A stretch of 64,000 nucleotides of DNA from a virus, in the IMG/VR virus record IMGVR_UViG_3300027970_002011, positions 15,585 to 79,584 of that record, one strand, 5' to 3'. The notes beneath the pieces were generated by a model. The model was given only the letters and a program-made list of their open reading frames with translations, was not told where the DNA came from and searched no databases. A program made the position numbers and the translations under genes. This document shows positions 21,877 to 32,169 of the stretch, in pieces; the first letter of the stretch is position 1; every line of letters starts with the position of its first letter.

Positions 21877-23445
21877 TTATTGAGTTTTTTGGTTGTATCC
21901 AACGATATTCATCATTCTTGAAATCTGTTCATTCATAAGATTTGTTTTCTTATCTTCTTTAGATTCCAATTGTTTAAAAATCTTTTCGGATTTTTGAGAA
22001 CCTTTTTTCAATTTCAAATCACCATCTTCAGTTCCTTCACCAGCTTGGTCAACAGGTTGAGGATATCTCTTATAAGATGCATTCATTTGTTCTGCACCAT
22101 ATACGTTATCCTTGAAATTTTTATACATTTTTTCACCAAGTTCAGATGATACAACATTACCTAAGTCATTACCATCTTTGTCTTTTGTAGCGTTTCCTGT
22201 TTTTGAAGAACCTTTCAAATTTGCCTCAATCCACTCATCATTTGGTTTGATTTCATCATAAACCAAATTTGTTTGACCTGGGTAAGCAAATGCATCAATA
22301 TACTCTTCAACCGCGTCTGAAGGTTTGTAAGCTTTCTTATCCATTTCCTTCATTTCACCATTACCTTTAGGGAAATGTTTAGGTTCTGTTGTATATCCCT
22401 CAACATTACTATCTTTAGACCATTTTTCAAGTTTCTCTTTAGTTGCCTTTAAACTTTCTTGGTTTGTATTTTTGTTCTGTTTAGATACTTTTTTCAAGTC
22501 AGCATCTGCAGCTATTTTATTTTGTTCCATAACAAGTCTTTCAATTAATTCAATAACTTCAGATTCTGTCATTTGAACACTTTCGTGTTTAGCACCTTTG
22601 AATCCTCCAATGTTTTTAGCAAAATTAGCCATTTTAACAACTTTACTGTCATCTGACTTCATTGCTTTATCAATACATTTTTTAGTAACTTCACCGTCTT
22701 TATCTAAACCTTCTTTTTTACACCACTGACCAAATTTACCTGAAGTACCTTTCTTTTCCATTTTTTTGGTTACTTTTTGAATAAAATTATCTTTTTCACC
22801 TTCTTCACCAATAAACATATGTGATGAATATTCATCATCATCATCTTTGTACTCGTCAAAATCATTATAATCCTTTTTTGGAACCATAGTTTGTTCTTTG
22901 TCTTTTTTAGGATATAATCCCGTATTTCTTTTTAAAGCATTTTTTATGAAATTGGATAAAAAATCTCCATCATCAGTTTTCTCAGGATAAACTTGACCTT
23001 CTTTAACTTCATAAGTTTTACCGTCAACTTCAAAAGACGATTTACCGTCTTTTTTAGCTTTTGCTAACGCTCCTGAAAACGCATTACCTTCTTCCATATC
23101 ATTTTCATTGAACTCTTTCGCAACTTTCCTTTCATAGTTATATCCTACGTTCTTCACTTTACCAACTTTTTTAGGACTATCTGTTGAGAAATCTCCATAG
23201 GGTTCAACCTTTTCAATTTGGTCATCACCCATAGTGTATTCTTTCATATCTTTTTTAGTTCTTAATTTTTTGAAGTCATCGGCGGTAATTTTACCTTTTG
23301 GTTCGGCAACATCAATTTTGTGTTGTCCACCATGTAACTTAGATTTTTTTTCAATCTCAGATACAAGATTTCCAACTTTTTTATTTAAAGTTTCATCAAG
23401 GACTTGTTTCACAACTTTATCCAAATATTTTTCAAATCTATCCAT
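21877..23445 (-). CDS. Charged low-complexity protein, probable internal head/core protein
   Basis: K/E/D-rich; LHGGQHKIDV...ITADDFKKLR motif; many hydrophobic-x-E sites; TATTTAT upstream. Confidence 0.6.
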   Translation of the reverse strand: MDRFEKYLDKVVKQVLDETLNKKVGNLVSEIEKKSKLHGGQHKIDVAEPKGKITADDFKKLRTKKDMKEYTMGDDQIEKVEPYGDFSTDSPKKVGKVKNVGYNYERKVAKEFNENDMEEGNAFSGALAKAKKDGKSSFEVDGKTYEVKEGQVYPEKTDDGDFLSNFIKNALKRNTGLYPKKDKEQTMVPKKDYNDFDEYKDDDDEYSSHMFIGEEGEKDNFIQKVTKKMEKKGTSGKFGQWCKKEGLDKDGEVTKKCIDKAMKSDDSKVVKMANFAKNIGGFKGAKHESVQMTESEVIELIERLVMEQNKIAADADLKKVSKQNKNTNQESLKATKEKLEKWSKDSNVEGYTTEPKHFPKGNGEMKEMDKKAYKPSDAVEEYIDAFAYPGQTNLVYDEIKPNDEWIEANLKGSSKTGNATKDKDGNDLGNVVSSELGEKMYKNFKDNVYGAEQMNASYKRYPQPVDQAGEGTEDGDLKLKKGSQKSEKIFKQLESKEDKKTNLMNEQISRMMNIVGYNQKTQ

Positions 23446-23487
23446 AACGGTCGTTTTAATCTATAAATATCTAAACTTACAGAATGA

Positions 23488-24228
23488 TTACTTTTTCTTC
23501 TTTTTAAAATGATTATAAAGAATCCTTTTTATTATTTGTTCTTCAACACCCAATCTTGTACTCACATTTTTAATTGCTTCATCTAAAGATGACTTATTTT
23601 TGTAAACAACAGCACCAGCTCCTTGATTACAATATGGGAATGTTAAACATTTCTTTTTAACTTGTGCGAACTTACCACCTTTGTAAATTGGTTTTTTACC
23701 ACCTCTCCAATTCTTATCGTTTTTAGCAACAAATGCCGGTGTTGAATATTGACCCGAAGACGCTGTGGTAGTTGCTTCCGTTGCTTCAATTTTCTTTAAA
23801 TTATCGTAATAATTTGGGTCTTCAAAAAGATGGTCTTTAGCAATTTCCATTGCAACATCAACACTATTGGTATGTTCCATTTCAACTTTAATACCTTTCA
23901 CCAATTGACTCTTCAAATGTTTTACCATATCATCAATATGGTCATATCCTTTCTTGTCGTGTTTTTTTGCAATGTCTTTTAATGTCTTGTTTTTTGAAAG
24001 ACCTCCAGGTATTTTTTCCTCTTCTTTAGTTTCTTCCTTGGCAAATAATGGTGCCGAAAATGCTCCCGCAGAAGCCGCCCCTGTAGCTTCAGTGGTTTCT
24101 TCATTTTCAGTCATCTCATCAGAATACTTATCTAAATCTGACACAACATCAATATCTTTTGATATTGTTGGGTCGTTTATGTAAGCCTTTTCAAGACTCT
24201 GTTTGAATAAATTAGATGATGATTTCAT
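23488..24228 (-). CDS. DUF5661-like phage protein
   Basis: GIKVEMEHT...AMEIAKDHLFEDPNYY. Confidence 0.65.
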   Translation of the reverse strand: MKSSSNLFKQSLEKAYINDPTISKDIDVVSDLDKYSDEMTENEETTEATGAASAGAFSAPLFAKEETKEEEKIPGGLSKNKTLKDIAKKHDKKGYDHIDDMVKHLKSQLVKGIKVEMEHTNSVDVAMEIAKDHLFEDPNYYDNLKKIEATEATTTASSGQYSTPAFVAKNDKNWRGGKKPIYKGGKFAQVKKKCLTFPYCNQGAGAVVYKNKSSLDEAIKNVSTRLGVEEQIIKRILYNHFKKKKK

Positions 24229-24232
24229 TTGA

Positions 24233-24478
24233 TTATGCGTTCTTTAATCTTGGTTCCCAATAACTTCTATTCATCCACATGAATTGGTAGAATTCTCGGA
24301 ACATTCTAAGTGTAATGTCTTTAATATCACCCTCAAGTTTACCTCGTTTAATTTCTTTAGCAATCTTATCAATTAACTTATCTTCAAATTGTTTTAATGT
24401 ATTGCTCTCCAAGAAACTTTTCATCTCTTTTCTAATCAATACTTCAACTTCTTTTACTTCTGAACTAGTTAGTGCCAT
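24233..24478 (-). CDS. Hypothetical protein
   Basis: 81-aa ORF. Confidence 0.7.
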   Translation of the reverse strand: MALTSSEVKEVEVLIRKEMKSFLESNTLKQFEDKLIDKIAKEIKRGKLEGDIKDITLRMFREFYQFMWMNRSYWEPRLKNA

Positions 24479-24480
24479 AG

Positions 24481-24912
24481 TTATTTTGTTATGTATAAAT
24501 AGGTTAATGTACCAATTAAAACTCCTGAAATTATATTAGTAAAAGTTCTTTTAGCTTTGATTCTCTTTAATTCCTTTTGGGTAATCTTGAGTTCTTTTTG
24601 ATAAATTTCTGTCTTCTTTTTTTCATCTGATATAATCAAATTGTAATTTTCTTCTTTCAACTTCATCTTATCAATTACAGAATCTTTTAAAGAAACAATG
24701 TTCTCAAGTTCAATAATGTGTTGATTGGACATTTTCAATTGAGCAAATGCCGAATCCCCCCTCAATAAATCAATTACTATTTGTTTTGCCACAGGGACTG
24801 GCAAAACTATCTTTTGTGTATCAGTATAACTCTTTGTAACGGTCTGCGAAAAACATGTCGAGCTCAACATGACCATACTTAGAAGCATCACTAATTTTTT
24901 TACTAAACTCAT
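24481..24912 (-). CDS. Exported coiled-coil protein with C-terminal TM (spanin-like)
   Basis: Signal peptide ...STCFS|Q, coiled coil, C-terminal hydrophobic helix; overlaps upstream gene. Confidence 0.55.
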   Translation of the reverse strand: MSLVKKLVMLLSMVMLSSTCFSQTVTKSYTDTQKIVLPVPVAKQIVIDLLRGDSAFAQLKMSNQHIIELENIVSLKDSVIDKMKLKEENYNLIISDEKKKTEIYQKELKITQKELKRIKAKRTFTNIISGVLIGTLTYLYITK

Positions 24913-25195
24913 TTCCTATTTGGGTTTTTGTTTCTTTTATGGTTTCAACTCTTGTCTCCACTACCTTAATTTCTTCACTTACTTTATCAATGTCCGATTG
25001 AATTAGTTGTTGGTTAAACTCAACCATTTCTATATGGGACTGTAAAGAATCAAGTTCTCTTTTACTTTCTTTTGATATCTTAACTACCGTTGTTATTTGT
25101 ATCAAATACCAAAGTATTACTAAAACAAGAATAACCTTGAGAACATTTTTCAAGGTTAAATCTTTTTTATCAAATATTTGATTAGGACTAATCAT
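24821..25195 (-). CDS. N-terminal TM plus coiled-coil protein (i-spanin-like)
   Basis: VLKVILVLVILWYLIQI then coiled coil; start placed at ATG 25195. Confidence 0.55.
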   Translation of the reverse strand: MISPNQIFDKKDLTLKNVLKVILVLVILWYLIQITTVVKISKESKRELDSLQSHIEMVEFNQQLIQSDIDKVSEEIKVVETRVETIKETKTQIGNEFSKKISDASKYGHVELDMFFADRYKELY

Positions 25196-25772
25196 AATCT
25201 TCAGGAGCTTGTTTTCTTGCCGCCAATACTTTAGACCACTTGGATTTAAACTTTTCATAAAAAGTCTTCAACTTATTAATCATCTCTAAAGTTGAATCGT
25301 CAATTTTTAACATGTTACCATTAATATAGATTCCACTGTCCTCACCAATAGTATAAATGAACTCAACATCACTGTCAATGATTTTACCTGACCATTCTAC
25401 CGTGTTTGGATAAACGTTCAATTGATTGAAATCAACCAAGTCAGATACTTCTTCAGTGAATTCATCAATGGTGTCTTGGAATGAAACTTTATCATCTGAA
25501 GTAATATCGGTTTCAGCCTTTGTCTTACCATGAATCGCCATTATTGAACCAGAAATTTTATATCTCTGCACAAAATTAGTTTCTTCTTCCTCACCTCTGT
25601 TTTTTGGTTTTTCAATGGCGGTTTCAAATGTATTGTCATCAATACTTGCTTCAATGTCAGCTGCGACATTTATTGGTCCAAGTTTTTCGGCATTAAGTTG
25701 TTCGTTGATTAGTCTTGCTCTTTTGACTAAATCTTTAATAGAGTCATACCTTTCGTTCATATAATTGTTCAT
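25188..25772 (-). CDS. Hypothetical protein
   Basis: 194-aa ORF. Confidence 0.72.
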   Translation of the reverse strand: MNNYMNERYDSIKDLVKRARLINEQLNAEKLGPINVAADIEASIDDNTFETAIEKPKNRGEEEETNFVQRYKISGSIMAIHGKTKAETDITSDDKVSFQDTIDEFTEEVSDLVDFNQLNVYPNTVEWSGKIIDSDVEFIYTIGEDSGIYINGNMLKIDDSTLEMINKLKTFYEKFKSKWSKVLAARKQAPEDYD

Positions 25773-26361
25773 TTTCTAATTCTTTTTTAAAGTTATCAAA
25801 ATCAAATGCCGGACTAACATCTGTATATCTTTGATGGTAATTACTTCTTGTTGTTACACCTTGAAATAATTCTATACCATCAACTTTTACATTGTGTCCA
25901 ACGAATTTATTAGGGATTTCAAAATCTTTACACAACATCTTACACAACTGAGCCGTTTTGATAATCTGCTCGTTTGTATATGGTTGCCAAAAATTATAAT
26001 CTCTCCATTTTTTTTCGTAAACCTCTTGTTTATAAATATTACCAAACCAATTAAGGTAAAACGATGATAATGGTTTTTTATTTAACCAACCCAAATTTTC
26101 AAGGACAATTGAAATCCCCGCACTTTTCATTGAATTATCTGAAAAGAATTCTGAACTGTATTTCGGATTTAACAACTCATAAATCACACCTTCCTGTGAA
26201 ATTACATAGTTAGGTATCTTTTTGTATTTACCATTATACCTAAATTTAAGAGAGGTCAAGTATTCACCGACCTCCCTTGAAGTATGACAAAGAATTATTT
26301 GTCTTTTTTTCTTGGGTTTACCAAACCCTTTAAAATTACCATATTTGATAATATCAACCAT
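25744..26361 (-). CDS. N-acetylmuramoyl-L-alanine amidase-like (Amidase_2 fold), degenerate active site
   Basis: IILCHT, NYVISQEGVIYEL, YTNEQ, DVSPAF. Confidence 0.75.
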   Translation of the reverse strand: MVDIIKYGNFKGFGKPKKKRQIILCHTSREVGEYLTSLKFRYNGKYKKIPNYVISQEGVIYELLNPKYSSEFFSDNSMKSAGISIVLENLGWLNKKPLSSFYLNWFGNIYKQEVYEKKWRDYNFWQPYTNEQIIKTAQLCKMLCKDFEIPNKFVGHNVKVDGIELFQGVTTRSNYHQRYTDVSPAFDFDNFKKELENEQLYERKV

Positions 26362-27064
26362 TTCTACCAGTATATCTTAATACTTTTTTCTCAGGTTGTG
26401 TAATGTTTTCATCTTCTTCCTCTGTTAATACAGAAAACTTATTGGATGTAATATGTTGTAATACGTCTTCAAGTTTTTCTAAATCTTCAGGTGTTGGGTT
26501 AATTTTTTCAGGTTCTTCATTCAATAACTCACCTTCCTTCTTACCCGCATCTTTAGAAATTTTCTCAATATCAACTTCTTCTTTTGGATTAACATTGTTT
26601 TTCCCTGTCTCTTCAAACTTGACTAACATATGTAAGAATGATAATGAAATAAGTGGTAACATACCACCAGAAAACAACGCTAAGAATCTTTTATGTGAAA
26701 CCATACTACCTGACTCAACACCAATATAAGAAACTATTGGGTCAACCATCTCCACCCAACTTTGGAATGACGCTGAGTTAACATCTATGTACTGATAAGC
26801 AAAGAAGATATTACCTAAGAACTGAATTAACGTAACAATACCAAATGGAAAATATACTTTATTTCCCATCTGTGCCGATATTGCGGCAAGAGCTGCCAAT
26901 GCCGCAATTTCAATACCAACTGACAAATATATTGCCCAACTAATTGGGTTTGTTATACCATACCAAGTTGTTACGTGAGATATTGAGACAAACGCAACTG
27001 TTAATATTGGTACTAAAAACGCAATATAGATTATGGTTTTGAAGTTTTTCTGAAACCAATTCAT
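26354..27064 (-). CDS. Membrane protein with about four TM segments
   Basis: Four hydrophobic segments, charged C-terminal tail. Confidence 0.75.
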   Translation of the reverse strand: MNWFQKNFKTIIYIAFLVPILTVAFVSISHVTTWYGITNPISWAIYLSVGIEIAALAALAAISAQMGNKVYFPFGIVTLIQFLGNIFFAYQYIDVNSASFQSWVEMVDPIVSYIGVESGSMVSHKRFLALFSGGMLPLISLSFLHMLVKFEETGKNNVNPKEEVDIEKISKDAGKKEGELLNEEPEKINPTPEDLEKLEDVLQHITSNKFSVLTEEEDENITQPEKKVLRYTGRNG

Positions 27065-27334
27065 TTATTTAATATCAAGTTTTTTTATTTCTTCGTCAAT
27101 TTCAGTTTGTCTTCTAACATCTAAAAGTTTTCTATCAGTTGCCTGAATCATTCTTTTTTCAGCCTCTAACCCACTTCTTTTCAACTCTTTAGTCATTTCT
27201 TCTTTAGTAACCAAAGTTTCCATTTGTTTATTTATTTTTGATAATTGTCTCGTATCTCCGCAACTTTTAAATAAACCTAAAACAGCAATTACTAAAATAA
27301 TTACGTTAAAATTCTTTTTTACAAATTCTTTCAT
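27065..27334 (-). CDS. Small membrane-anchored or lipoprotein-like protein
   Basis: VIILVIAVLGLFKSC. Confidence 0.65.
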   Translation of the reverse strand: MKEFVKKNFNVIILVIAVLGLFKSCGDTRQLSKINKQMETLVTKEEMTKELKRSGLEAEKRMIQATDRKLLDVRRQTEIDEEIKKLDIK

Positions 27335-27354
27335 AGTTTTTTTATTAATAAATA

Positions 27355-28155
27355 TTATAGATACTCAAACAGGTCGTTAGACTCATTACGAAGTTTACGT
27401 AATGCCTTTTCTTTAATTTGTCGTACACGTTCTTTTGTCAGTTTGAAGTCATTACCGATGTCCTCTAAAGTTCTTGTTTGACCTGACAAACCAAAGTAAT
27501 CTTCAATAATAATTTTTTCTCTATCATCCAAGATTCCCAAAATTTCTTTTAATTTCTCTTTGAGTATTTCCTTTGTGTCAAATATTGAGTCAGGTAATTC
27601 TGCATCAGGATTCTTAATCAAATCCAACAACGTATCACCTTCTTCATTTAGAGGTGCATCATAATTTATTGTCGTTGGGAGATTAACAAACTTATCAGGT
27701 AAATCCGCCCCGTTTTTTTCAACTTCTTTCTTGGCCTTCTGAAGTTCTTGTACGACGTTAACCGGGAGTCGGATAGTACGAGCATTTTCATTTAGAGATT
27801 GAAGAATTGATTGACGAATCCACCAAACTGCGTATGAAATAAAACGTAGTTGTTTAGTCCAATCAAAATTCCCAACCGCCTTTAATAGTCCCAAATTACC
27901 CTCAGCAATCAAATCTGATAATTCAAGCCCTTGGTTTTGATACTGTTTAGCCACAGTTATAACAAATCTCAAGTTACCAATTAAAAGTTCCTGTTCAATT
28001 TGTTTCTTTTCTGATTCTGTAATATCACCTGATAGAATTTTTTGAGCCAATTCACGTTCTCGCTCAACTGTCATTACTTTAATCTTGCGAATATCTTTAA
28101 GATATGTTGCAATTTCTTCTTGATTGATTGGAATTGTAGATATTTTGTCTTTCAT
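27355..28155 (-). CDS. RNA polymerase sigma70-family factor, Bacteroidota primary-sigma-like
   Basis: NLRFVITVAKQYQNQG, DLIAEGNLGL, FISYAVWWIRQSILQ, TLEDIG...LTKERVRQIKEKAL; no region 1.1. Confidence 0.93.
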   Translation of the reverse strand: MKDKISTIPINQEEIATYLKDIRKIKVMTVERERELAQKILSGDITESEKKQIEQELLIGNLRFVITVAKQYQNQGLELSDLIAEGNLGLLKAVGNFDWTKQLRFISYAVWWIRQSILQSLNENARTIRLPVNVVQELQKAKKEVEKNGADLPDKFVNLPTTINYDAPLNEEGDTLLDLIKNPDAELPDSIFDTKEILKEKLKEILGILDDREKIIIEDYFGLSGQTRTLEDIGNDFKLTKERVRQIKEKALRKLRNESNDLFEYL

Positions 28156-28156
28156 G

Positions 28157-28696
28157 TTATTTAGATAGTTTTTGTAGTAATTTTTTTTCGTTTTCAGTTA
28201 AAGAGTTAAAACCAAATTCTGTGATTTTATCCAATAAGTCATCCAAAGATAATGTTTTCTTTTTAGACTTTTGAATAATTGTTTTAATTTCATCCTCATC
28301 ATCATCGTCATCATCATCCTCTTCCATCATGTCAATAATCTCCTGTTGTAATTTTTCAAAATCACTATGAATTTTAACAGTGTCGGATTGAACATTGGAG
28401 TTTTCATTCTCTTGTTCTAAATCCGTTAAGTTACTTGCAAAGTCATTATTGACAAGTACGCTAACATTTTCCGAAGGTGAAACTATAACCATATCAACAT
28501 GGTTATTCAAAACATCTTTAACATAACTGGTTATATTGTTTAAATTCCAGTCAGATTCAAAATGTGATATGATAAAGGTATTCGTATTTGAAAGTTTTAA
28601 CTTTTTTGAGCTAACCATAGGTGCGAGACAAATATTAATCGCCCTAACTCTATCATTGACTTGGAAATCACCCAACATTGTAATTAAATAATTCAT
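28157..28696 (-). CDS. Hypothetical protein with acidic tract and DUF6576-like C-terminus
   Basis: LDDLLDKITEFGFNSLTENEKKLL. Confidence 0.65.
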   Translation of the reverse strand: MNYLITMLGDFQVNDRVRAINICLAPMVSSKKLKLSNTNTFIISHFESDWNLNNITSYVKDVLNNHVDMVIVSPSENVSVLVNNDFASNLTDLEQENENSNVQSDTVKIHSDFEKLQQEIIDMMEEDDDDDDDEDEIKTIIQKSKKKTLSLDDLLDKITEFGFNSLTENEKKLLQKLSK

Positions 28697-28714
28697 ATGT
28701 CTTTTTATTTACTA

Positions 28715-28747
28715 CAAATGTAATACCAAAATGGTAATAGAACCAAA
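28715..28747 (-). promoter_or_regulatory. Bacteroidota sigmaA-type promoter
   Basis: Minus strand TTTG-N21-TACATTTG upstream of the sigma-factor operon. Confidence 0.7.
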
Positions 28748-28748
28748 C

Positions 28749-29276
28749 TTATTTACGAAAAATCCAACAGTTTTCCATGATTGTTCGTGTGGGTAACATT
28801 TCGTCTACCGCTTTAACAACACCAGGCCATGAATCCTCATAATCATGACCTGATAGTATTCCCCCCCTTTTAACTTTTGGTAACCACAAACCGATATCTT
28901 CTTTAACAGATTCGTAAGTGTGTGTTAAGTCAATGAACACGACATCCAAACTTTCATCTTCAAATTGACTTACAACTTCTGAAGACAACCCTCTGATTGA
29001 TTTGTAGGTTCTTTCCCCCATGTTTTTTTTAAAAACTTCATAGATATCAACTTCAGTTGCCAACTTATGTGTAGAGGTTAACTCATTAGGGGAACCCTTC
29101 CATGAGTCAATAATGATTACATTACGATTAATGGCTTTGTCAACTAAATAAGATGATGACTTACCAAGCCACGCACCTAATTCAACCATTGTACCACCCT
29201 CAGGACATTGTTCTATTAGGTAGTCATAACTCTTAAGGTGATTAAACCACCCTTTAATCTCAGTATAATCTTTCAT
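28749..29276 (-). CDS. Class I SAM-dependent methyltransferase (Methyltransf_24-like)
   Basis: VELGAWLGKS, DVVFID..H.Y, GGILSGHDY. Confidence 0.85.
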   Translation of the reverse strand: MKDYTEIKGWFNHLKSYDYLIEQCPEGGTMVELGAWLGKSSSYLVDKAINRNVIIIDSWKGSPNELTSTHKLATEVDIYEVFKKNMGERTYKSIRGLSSEVVSQFEDESLDVVFIDLTHTYESVKEDIGLWLPKVKRGGILSGHDYEDSWPGVVKAVDEMLPTRTIMENCWIFRK

Positions 29277-31648
29277 TATTGTATGACTCTTGATACGTTT
29301 TCTTCTTTTTTAATTCTAACAACATTGTCAGCCCAGTTCGTAACCAAAGGATTGTGTGTGATTACAAATACCTTTTCAAAGTAATCTTTAATCTTAGTGA
29401 AGAACTCTCCAACTAATTCTAAGTTATCGTTTGAAATTTTTCCAAACACCTCATCCCAAACAATGATATTTGGTTTTGGTAATGAACATATCTTACTCAA
29501 CACGGCTCTAAGTGCCATACTCGCAATTGTTCTTTCATAACCTGAACCTGATGACATCAACTTTTCAATACCCGTTGAATTGTCAATCATGATGAACTCC
29601 ACTTCATTCTTATCATTGATTCTAATCTCCAAGTTAAAGTAACAAGAATCTTGTAACAATCTTTGAAGTTCTTGATTAATCAATGGCATCATGGTTTTCA
29701 TGATGATTTTTGAAATACCGTTCTTACCAAACAATTCCAAGTAGATTTTATAAATCTTTTCCTTCTCAAATTCAACTTTAATCTTTTCAATGATTTCAGA
29801 ATTTGTTTGAATCTTGGCCGTTGCTGAATTAATATCATTGTTGTTATTGATTTGGGCTCTTTCAAGTTCTCTCTTTCGGTTAATCAATTCATCAATACGT
29901 AATTGAGCCTTAATAATCTTTGCCTCAAGTTCTTGGTTCTTCTTAATCTTTTCTTGAGACTCAATGTATCTTTTAAGTACATCTTGTTTTTTCTCAAGTT
30001 TAAGTTTTTCTGCTTCCAATCCAACCTCAAATTTTTCCTTAATGAGTTTGTTACGTTCATACTCATCAAAGTCTTTTTTGAGTTGCGTGTAGGACTTTTC
30101 TTTGAAATCAAGGTCTTTCCACTGTTTTGATAACTTGTCAACCTTCTTCTCACAATCACCCAACTCATCAATCTTTTTCTTTGTCAGTGCGGCTTCCATC
30201 AATTTGATTCCACAGTGCTCACACTGAATCCCATCTCCAAACTTCTTAACCAATTCTTCAATATCTTCAACTTTTTTCTGAGCAAGAATAAGTTCACCGT
30301 TTGTGGTTTTCATCTCATTTCTAATCTCATCATGTTTGTCCTCATGATAGTATGATGTGGGTTCCTTAATTATAACACCATTGATTTGGGTTTTAATTTT
30401 TTCACATTCCCTTTCTGAGTTTGAAATTTCACTTTGTATGTTGATTGGGTTTAAACCTAAAAGTTCTTTATCTATGTCAGAGTATTTCGCATTTAACAAA
30501 CCGTCTTTATATTCTTGACCAGTTGATAATCTTTCGGTAACATCAACAATCTCCTTTTCAACATCAACATTAGTCTGTTTAAGGGTGGTGATTTTTTCTT
30601 TCAATAAATCAATATCACCCTTTAATGTCTCAGTATTGTAGACATTAGACATCATACTTTTGGTAAAGGTAGAAACGATTTCTTTACCCGTCTCTTCTTT
30701 TATTTTCAAGAATTCAAGACCCATAAACCTACTCAGGACTTGTCCACGAGCAGTTGGTTTAGAATCAATGAGTTCCTCCAAATTAGTAGATGTAGTTAAA
30801 ATAGTCATCAAGAAGTCATCCATATCACCAATAGAATTCTTAATAAACTTCTCAGTTTCTCTTCTTTGTTCTCCTGTAAAGTTTTGGTAAGAACCATCCC
30901 CCAATTTTTTTAAGAAATCCAATTCGGTTTTGACATTCCAATCACCAGACTTAGACTTCTTTCTTTCAATTGTACGAGAAACCACATACTCATCGCCATC
31001 AATAACGATGTCACCCCTAACCTGTACTTTATTAGAGTCACGGAACCTATTGAAAATTTCTTCCGCCTTCTGTGTTTTAGTGGTGGTGTTAAAGAATAGA
31101 AACATCAATAAGTCCACAGTTAAAACTGTTTTACCACCAAAGTTTGGTGGGTCTGATTCCACAACAGTTATACCGTTACACTTCTCAAAGTCCAACACTT
31201 GATTGTCACCATAACTCAAAAAGTTAGAGAAGTGAATCTTCTTAATATACCACTTTTGAAATGGTGTAACCTCAACATTCTGTTGAATTAACTTATTCTC
31301 AACCGCCTCATCAATTTTTACAATGTCATCATACTTATCACCACTACCCTTACTTTCCAAAAAAGATTTCATCAACTCACGTTGATAGTTCTTATCCATA
31401 ATGTTAAATGAAACATCCACAGTTTGTTGTCCTGTTTCAGTTTGTTTTGTCTTGGTAATGACATTAACATTTAATGAATTGTATTTCTTTTGAAAATAAG
31501 TTTTTACACTCTTAATTCTCTCTTGAGTGAAGTTTTCAGGCGTGTCTTCCCAAACAACCTGAATGTAAGGATTTTCGTATTCTTCTAATTTTATTTTTTC
31601 TGACATAGTAGTTAAATCGTAATTAATTGGTGGATTAAATAAGTCCAT
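29276..31648 (-). CDS. SbcC/Rad50/gp46-like recombination ATPase
   Basis: FSNFLSYG, NFGGKT, CEHC hook in coiled coil, SGYE signature, WDEVFG, ITH. Confidence 0.9.
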   Translation of the reverse strand: MDLFNPPINYDLTTMSEKIKLEEYENPYIQVVWEDTPENFTQERIKSVKTYFQKKYNSLNVNVITKTKQTETGQQTVDVSFNIMDKNYQRELMKSFLESKGSGDKYDDIVKIDEAVENKLIQQNVEVTPFQKWYIKKIHFSNFLSYGDNQVLDFEKCNGITVVESDPPNFGGKTVLTVDLLMFLFFNTTTKTQKAEEIFNRFRDSNKVQVRGDIVIDGDEYVVSRTIERKKSKSGDWNVKTELDFLKKLGDGSYQNFTGEQRRETEKFIKNSIGDMDDFLMTILTTSTNLEELIDSKPTARGQVLSRFMGLEFLKIKEETGKEIVSTFTKSMMSNVYNTETLKGDIDLLKEKITTLKQTNVDVEKEIVDVTERLSTGQEYKDGLLNAKYSDIDKELLGLNPINIQSEISNSERECEKIKTQINGVIIKEPTSYYHEDKHDEIRNEMKTTNGELILAQKKVEDIEELVKKFGDGIQCEHCGIKLMEAALTKKKIDELGDCEKKVDKLSKQWKDLDFKEKSYTQLKKDFDEYERNKLIKEKFEVGLEAEKLKLEKKQDVLKRYIESQEKIKKNQELEAKIIKAQLRIDELINRKRELERAQINNNNDINSATAKIQTNSEIIEKIKVEFEKEKIYKIYLELFGKNGISKIIMKTMMPLINQELQRLLQDSCYFNLEIRINDKNEVEFIMIDNSTGIEKLMSSGSGYERTIASMALRAVLSKICSLPKPNIIVWDEVFGKISNDNLELVGEFFTKIKDYFEKVFVITHNPLVTNWADNVVRIKKEENVSRVIQ

Positions 31649-31652
31649 AACA

Positions 31653-31838
31653 TTATTGTCCTGACATTACAAATCCTGTGTTTTCTTCTGTCGTACCCGT
31701 TGAAGCTTGTTCTCTTAGGTCCTCCAAATACTTCTTCAATTTCTCATTGTAAAGTTTTTCATAGGTGTGTTGAGCACTTTTGATTTTTTGGTTGCGAGCA
31801 GCAACTTTTTTTCTGTGTTCTTTTTCTCTTTTTCCCAT
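31653..31838 (-). CDS. Small basic hypothetical protein
   Basis: 61-aa ORF in operon spacing. Confidence 0.65.
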   Translation of the reverse strand: MGKREKEHRKKVAARNQKIKSAQHTYEKLYNEKLKKYLEDLREQASTGTTEENTGFVMSGQ

Positions 31839-31840
31839 TT

Positions 31841-32161
31841 TTATTTTTCGTTTTCAAACCATTCAATAATTGAGTTCACCGCCCATACACCTCCCGATGC
31901 CAATAGTCCGTCAAAGAACCATGAAATCCATGTTGGTGTGTCATACAAGAAACTTGTAGGTGAAAATAAAGTTAGACCCAAAAAGAATCCAACCCATGTT
32001 GATGTACACATCATACAAGAAATCAAACCTGAGATGAATTTCAAAATTGGTGAAAGTTCCGCCCAAGCGTGTACCCATTGTCTTTGTGTGTCAAAGATAG
32101 AACCGTAAACCAAAATTTGGCTCAGTCCATACGCTAAAATAATCCAAGTGAATATTATCAT
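31841..32161 (-). CDS. DUF1360-like membrane protein
   Basis: TM segments around LISCMMCTSTWVG. Confidence 0.6.
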   Translation of the reverse strand: MIIFTWIILAYGLSQILVYGSIFDTQRQWVHAWAELSPILKFISGLISCMMCTSTWVGFFLGLTLFSPTSFLYDTPTWISWFFDGLLASGGVWAVNSIIEWFENEK

Positions 32162-32169
32162 AATTTATT

